Source: an uncultured Acidobacteriaceae bacterium
Lineage (GTDB): Bacteria; Acidobacteriota; Terriglobia; Terriglobales; Acidobacteriaceae
Assembly: GCA_963735915.1 (NCBI GenBank)
Contig: CAVTMX010000030.1
Location: 187,501 to 251,500 of the forward strand
Direction: 5' to 3'
Length of the DNA: 64,000 nucleotides
The notes under the pieces are model-generated. The model did no database searches, was not told where the DNA came from, and worked only from the letters and a program-made list of their open reading frames with translations. Each line of letters starts with the position of its first letter. Position 1 is the first letter of the stretch. Positions 61,085-64,000 of this stretch are shown one piece after another. The position numbers and the translations under genes are program-made.

Positions 61085-62295
61085 ATGGTGACGAAAGCCG
61101 TAGCGGAAGTGATGGCCGCGAGCCGCATGATCAACGTGCGGTATGCCATACGCGATGTCGTCGCCGCGGCCGAGGCGGTCGCGCGCGAAGGGCACCAGAT
61201 TCTGTATCTGAACATCGGCGATCCCTGCAAGTTCGACTTTCATACGCCGCCGCACATGATCGAGGCGGTGCTGAAAGCGATGGTCGACGGCCATAACGGC
61301 TACGCCGAATCGTTGGGCATCAAGCCCGCTCTTGAAGCGATTCGCCACGAAGCCGAGCGCAATGGCTTTCGTGAGATTCAAAGCATCTTCATCGGCTACG
61401 GCAGCGGCGAGGTCATCGACAGTTGCCTGACGGCGCTGCTCAACCCCGGCGATAACGTGCTTACGCCCAGCCCCGAGTATCCGCTGTACGGCGCGATCAT
61501 GGCCAAGCTGGATTGCCCGGCGAACGCCTACGCTCTCGATGAGGACAACGGGTGGGAGCCGGATGTGAACGAACTGGCGCGCAAAATTAACTCGCGCACG
61601 CGCGCGATTCTGCTGATCAGCCCGAACAATCCCACCGGGGCGGTCTACTCCCGGCGCACGCTGGAAGGCATCCTCGAGCTGGCGCGACGGCACAACCTGA
61701 TCATCTTTGCCGACGAGATTTACGACAAGCTGGTCTTCGACCCGGACGCAAAGCATGTGTCGATTGCGACGCTGGCGGCGGATGTGCCCATCGTGACCTT
61801 CAACGGGCTTTCCAAGGCGTACCTGGTGCCGGGCTGGCGCATCGGATGGGCGATTGCTACCGGCCCGCGCGAGCTGCTGCATCCTTATATGGAAGCCGTG
61901 CACCGCCTGCTGCGAGCGCGCCTGTGCGCGCCGCATCCCTTCCAGCACGCGATCAAGCCCGCGCTGGAAGGCCCGCAGGACCACATCGAACAGACGCTGC
62001 GCAAATTGCGGCGGCGGGCGGAGATCACGATGCAGTGGGCGAAGCGCACTCCGCACGTGAAGCTGGTCGCGCCCGGGGCGCCTTCTATGCCCATCCCACG
62101 CTGCAAATACCCGAGGATGATTTGACCTTCGTCACCGATCTGCTCAAGCAGAAGCACGTGCTGGTGGTACACGGTTCGGGCTTCGGCCAGAAGCCCGGGA
62201 CGCGGCACATCCGCATCGTCTTCCTGCCGCCCGAGCATGTGCTGAGCGAGGCCTACGAAAAGATCACCGCTTTCATGAACGAGCGTTATGGCTGA
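61085..62295 (+). pseudogene. Class I/II PLP aminotransferase (alanine-aminotransferase-like); 1 frameshift (~62075) as assembled
   Basis: LNIGDPCKFDF, ISPNNPTGAVY, FNGLSKAYLVPGWRIGW (PLP Lys), ...VAPGAPS|GAFYAHPTL...VVHGSGFGQKPGTRHIRIVFLP. Confidence 0.85.
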
Positions 62296-62366
62296 AGGGC
62301 AGTTTCAGGTTTCAAGTTTCGACAGCTCTCTACAACTCGAAACTGGAAACTTGAAGCTGTTTTCTC

Positions 62367-63077
62367 ATGGTCGACATTCACTGCCATATCCTGCCGGGCA
62401 TCGACGATGGCTCGAGGTCCTGGGAGATGACAGCCGAGATGTGCCGCGTGGCCGCGGACGACGGCATCACGCACATCGTCGCGACGCCCCATGCCAATCC
62501 CGAGTTTGCTTACGACCGCGAGCGCTACGCCGGAATGCTGGGGGAGTTACATGATGTGGCGGATGGGAAGCTGACTTTCAGCATTGGCTGCGACTTTCAT
62601 TTCTCGCACGACAATTTGCAGGATGCCCTCGAGCGTCCCGGGCGCTACACCATCGGCGACACCCAGTACCTGCTCATCGAGTTCAGCGACTACGCCATTC
62701 CGCCCAGTGCGCCGCAAGACATATTCGCGCTGCGCAGCCGCGGCCTCGTTCCCATCGTCACCCATCCCGAGCGCAACCCGTTGCTGCTGAAGAAACCTGA
62801 GATGGTGCTGCGACTGGTGGAACAGGGCTGCCTGGTGCAGGTGACGGCGAACGCCGTGACGGGCGGCTGGGGCAAGCCTTCCCAGAAGATGGTGAGCTGG
62901 CTGCTGGAGCGCGACGCCGTGCACGTCGTCGCCAGCGACGCTCACGACCCGGTGAGGCGCAAACCTGTTTTGTCGGAAGCCCGCGACGCCATCGCGAAGA
63001 TTCGTGGCGTGGAAGTCGCGGAAGCGTTGGTCAGGCTCAACCCGGCCGCAATTGTAGAGGGAAAAAGTCCGAACTGA
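62367..63077 (+). CDS. PHP-family tyrosine-protein phosphatase (CpsB/CapC type)
   Basis: MVDIHCHILPGIDDGS, THIVATPH, THPERN, VASDAHD. Confidence 0.8.
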   Translation: MVDIHCHILPGIDDGSRSWEMTAEMCRVAADDGITHIVATPHANPEFAYDRERYAGMLGELHDVADGKLTFSIGCDFHFSHDNLQDALERPGRYTIGDTQYLLIEFSDYAIPPSAPQDIFALRSRGLVPIVTHPERNPLLLKKPEMVLRLVEQGCLVQVTANAVTGGWGKPSQKMVSWLLERDAVHVVASDAHDPVRRKPVLSEARDAIAKIRGVEVAEALVRLNPAAIVEGKSPN

Positions 63078-63094
63078 GTCGCATCGGCCCCTGG

Positions 63095-63346
63095 TCACGC
63101 GGAGCGTTGCCCGCCGGTGCAGCGCATCTTGCCCACATCGCATCCATTCACCGAGACAATGCCCGTCCGCCCCTTGCTCTTCGAGCCGCCTTCGCGCTCC
63201 TGCTCGGGACCGGGATGCGTCGAGACCGGCCGATCGTCGCGCCTGAGATGTAGCTTGCGAGCGCGCGCGCTCACATCGTGAATGCCGGCCTTCAGGCGTT
63301 CCGCCCCATGTCCCTCCGCATCGCGCAGCTTACTCGTCACGCTCAT
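63095..63346 (-). CDS. Doubtful hypothetical ORF (83 aa, low complexity)
   Basis: Only support is an open frame plus a GGAGG-like sequence upstream of Met 63346. No motif recognised. Confidence 0.2.
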   Translation of the reverse strand: MSVTSKLRDAEGHGAERLKAGIHDVSARARKLHLRRDDRPVSTHPGPEQEREGGSKSKGRTGIVSVNGCDVGKMRCTGGQRSA

Positions 63347-63464
63347 CTCGGCCTCCGCTGACAGGAAAAGATGCAACTAAGAAGGAATTGGAAACCATAC
63401 CGCCAGGAAAAACAAGGGGGCACGGTGGAGGGTGGTGGGTCAGTTCGGAATCTGAGCGGTGGAA

Positions 63465-63612
63465 GGGCACCCTTCGACTTCGCTCAGGGCAGGCTCGTTC
63501 AGCCGTGCCGAAAGGACGTCGATCGAACCGGGCTTTGGCCCCGGCTGGCCGCGGCTGAAGCCGCCGTCAACGGCCCGTTGTTTCGCTGGGCTGAAGCCCG
63601 GCGCTTCCACCG
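63465..63612. repeat. Dispersed hairpin-repeat unit (copy 2), carrying a nested ~27-nt insertion
   Basis: The copy-1 hairpin gggcac|ggc|ttcagccgtgcc is split here by ccttcgacttcgctcagggcaggctcg (63471-63497). The rest is collinear with 59586-59700. Confidence 0.8.
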
Positions 63613-63639
63613 CCACAAATTCCAAACTGACCCATACCC

Positions 63640-63669
63640 GGTAGAGCAGGCCTGCAGGCCTGCTCTACC
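63640..63669. repeat. Perfect 30-nt palindrome (GGTAGAGC-hairpin module) 5 nt downstream of the permease stop
   Basis: ggtagagcaggcctgcaggcctgctctacc equals its own reverse complement. Confidence 0.9.
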
Positions 63670-63673
63670 CCGC

Positions 63674-64000
63674 TCACTGCCGAATTCGCGGGTTGAACAC
63701 CGAGTACAACAGGTCGGTCAGGAAGTTCACCGCCACGTACGTCAGCCCGATCGCCAGAATGCAGCCCTGCACCAGGTAGTAGTCGCGGTTCGAGATGGCG
63801 CTGATGGTCAGCCTGCCCACGCCCGGCCAGGAAAAGATGGTCTCGGTGACGATCGCGCCGGCGAGCAACGCCCCGAACTGCAAGCCCACAACCGTGAGGA
63901 TTGGGATCATCGCATTGCGCAGCGCATGTCGATACACGACCGTGCTCTCGGGCAGGCCCTTGGCGCGCGCGGTGCGGATGTAATCCTGGCCAAGCTCCTC
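63674..64000 (-). CDS. ABC peptide/nickel-type transporter permease (DppB/OppB family), C-terminal part only
   Basis: ...ALRNAMIPILTVVGLQFGALLAGAIVTETIFSWPGVGRL...FLTDLLYSVFNPRIRQ. The ORF continues past the window edge. Confidence 0.8.
   Translation of the reverse strand, partial: EELGQDYIRTARAKGLPESTVVYRHALRNAMIPILTVVGLQFGALLAGAIVTETIFSWPGVGRLTISAISNRDYYLVQGCILAIGLTYVAVNFLTDLLYSVFNPRIRQ

Noticed and set aside
61037-62056. 339-aa ORF on the minus strand; also 53405-54325(+), 38534-39376(-) and 3840-4520(-)
   Set aside because: All are antisense to genes with clear family motifs (aminotransferase, pgm, pheS, ADH) and have shadow-ORF composition.

Overview
64-kb GC-rich (roughly 60% by eye) chromosomal segment. 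Gene content (CarboxypepD_reg-type TonB-dependent receptors, spacers packed with hairpin repeats) suggests an Acidobacteriota/Terriglobia-like genome; this is inference only. I read about 58 protein-coding genes and recognise no rRNA, tRNA, CRISPR array, transposase or integrase. Most of the window is housekeeping: rnj, pxpBCA (5-oxoprolinase), cspA, ribA, a GH13 enzyme, htrA, rlpA, rpsU, mtaB, infC-rpmI-rplT-esterase-pheST, a minus-strand sugar-phosphate string tkt-zwf-HAD-tal-pgi-rpiA, pgm, and gltA next to a long malate-synthase-like gene. Three things stand out. (1) A lower-GC single-gene insertion between mtaB and infC encodes a TIR-domain protein with an unassigned C-terminal domain; this is my best candidate for an undescribed defence/NADase module. 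(2) A translationally coupled gene pair encodes a class-I cytochrome c fused to an outer-membrane-type beta-barrel, followed by a secreted pentahaem cytochrome (an architecture reminiscent of Cyc2 and porin-cytochrome complexes). (3) A family of nested hairpin/MITE-like repeats fills most long spacers and appears to have entered pheT in frame. About 15 genes, including rpmI, tkt, rnj and mtaB, are interrupted by 1-nt indels. The three sites I rebuilt by hand sit in short homopolymers, and the breaks cluster in blocks. I read this as assembly or sequencing error rather than biology, so each such locus is reported as one gene, typed pseudogene 'as assembled'. All family assignments come from motif recognition by eye; no database search was run.
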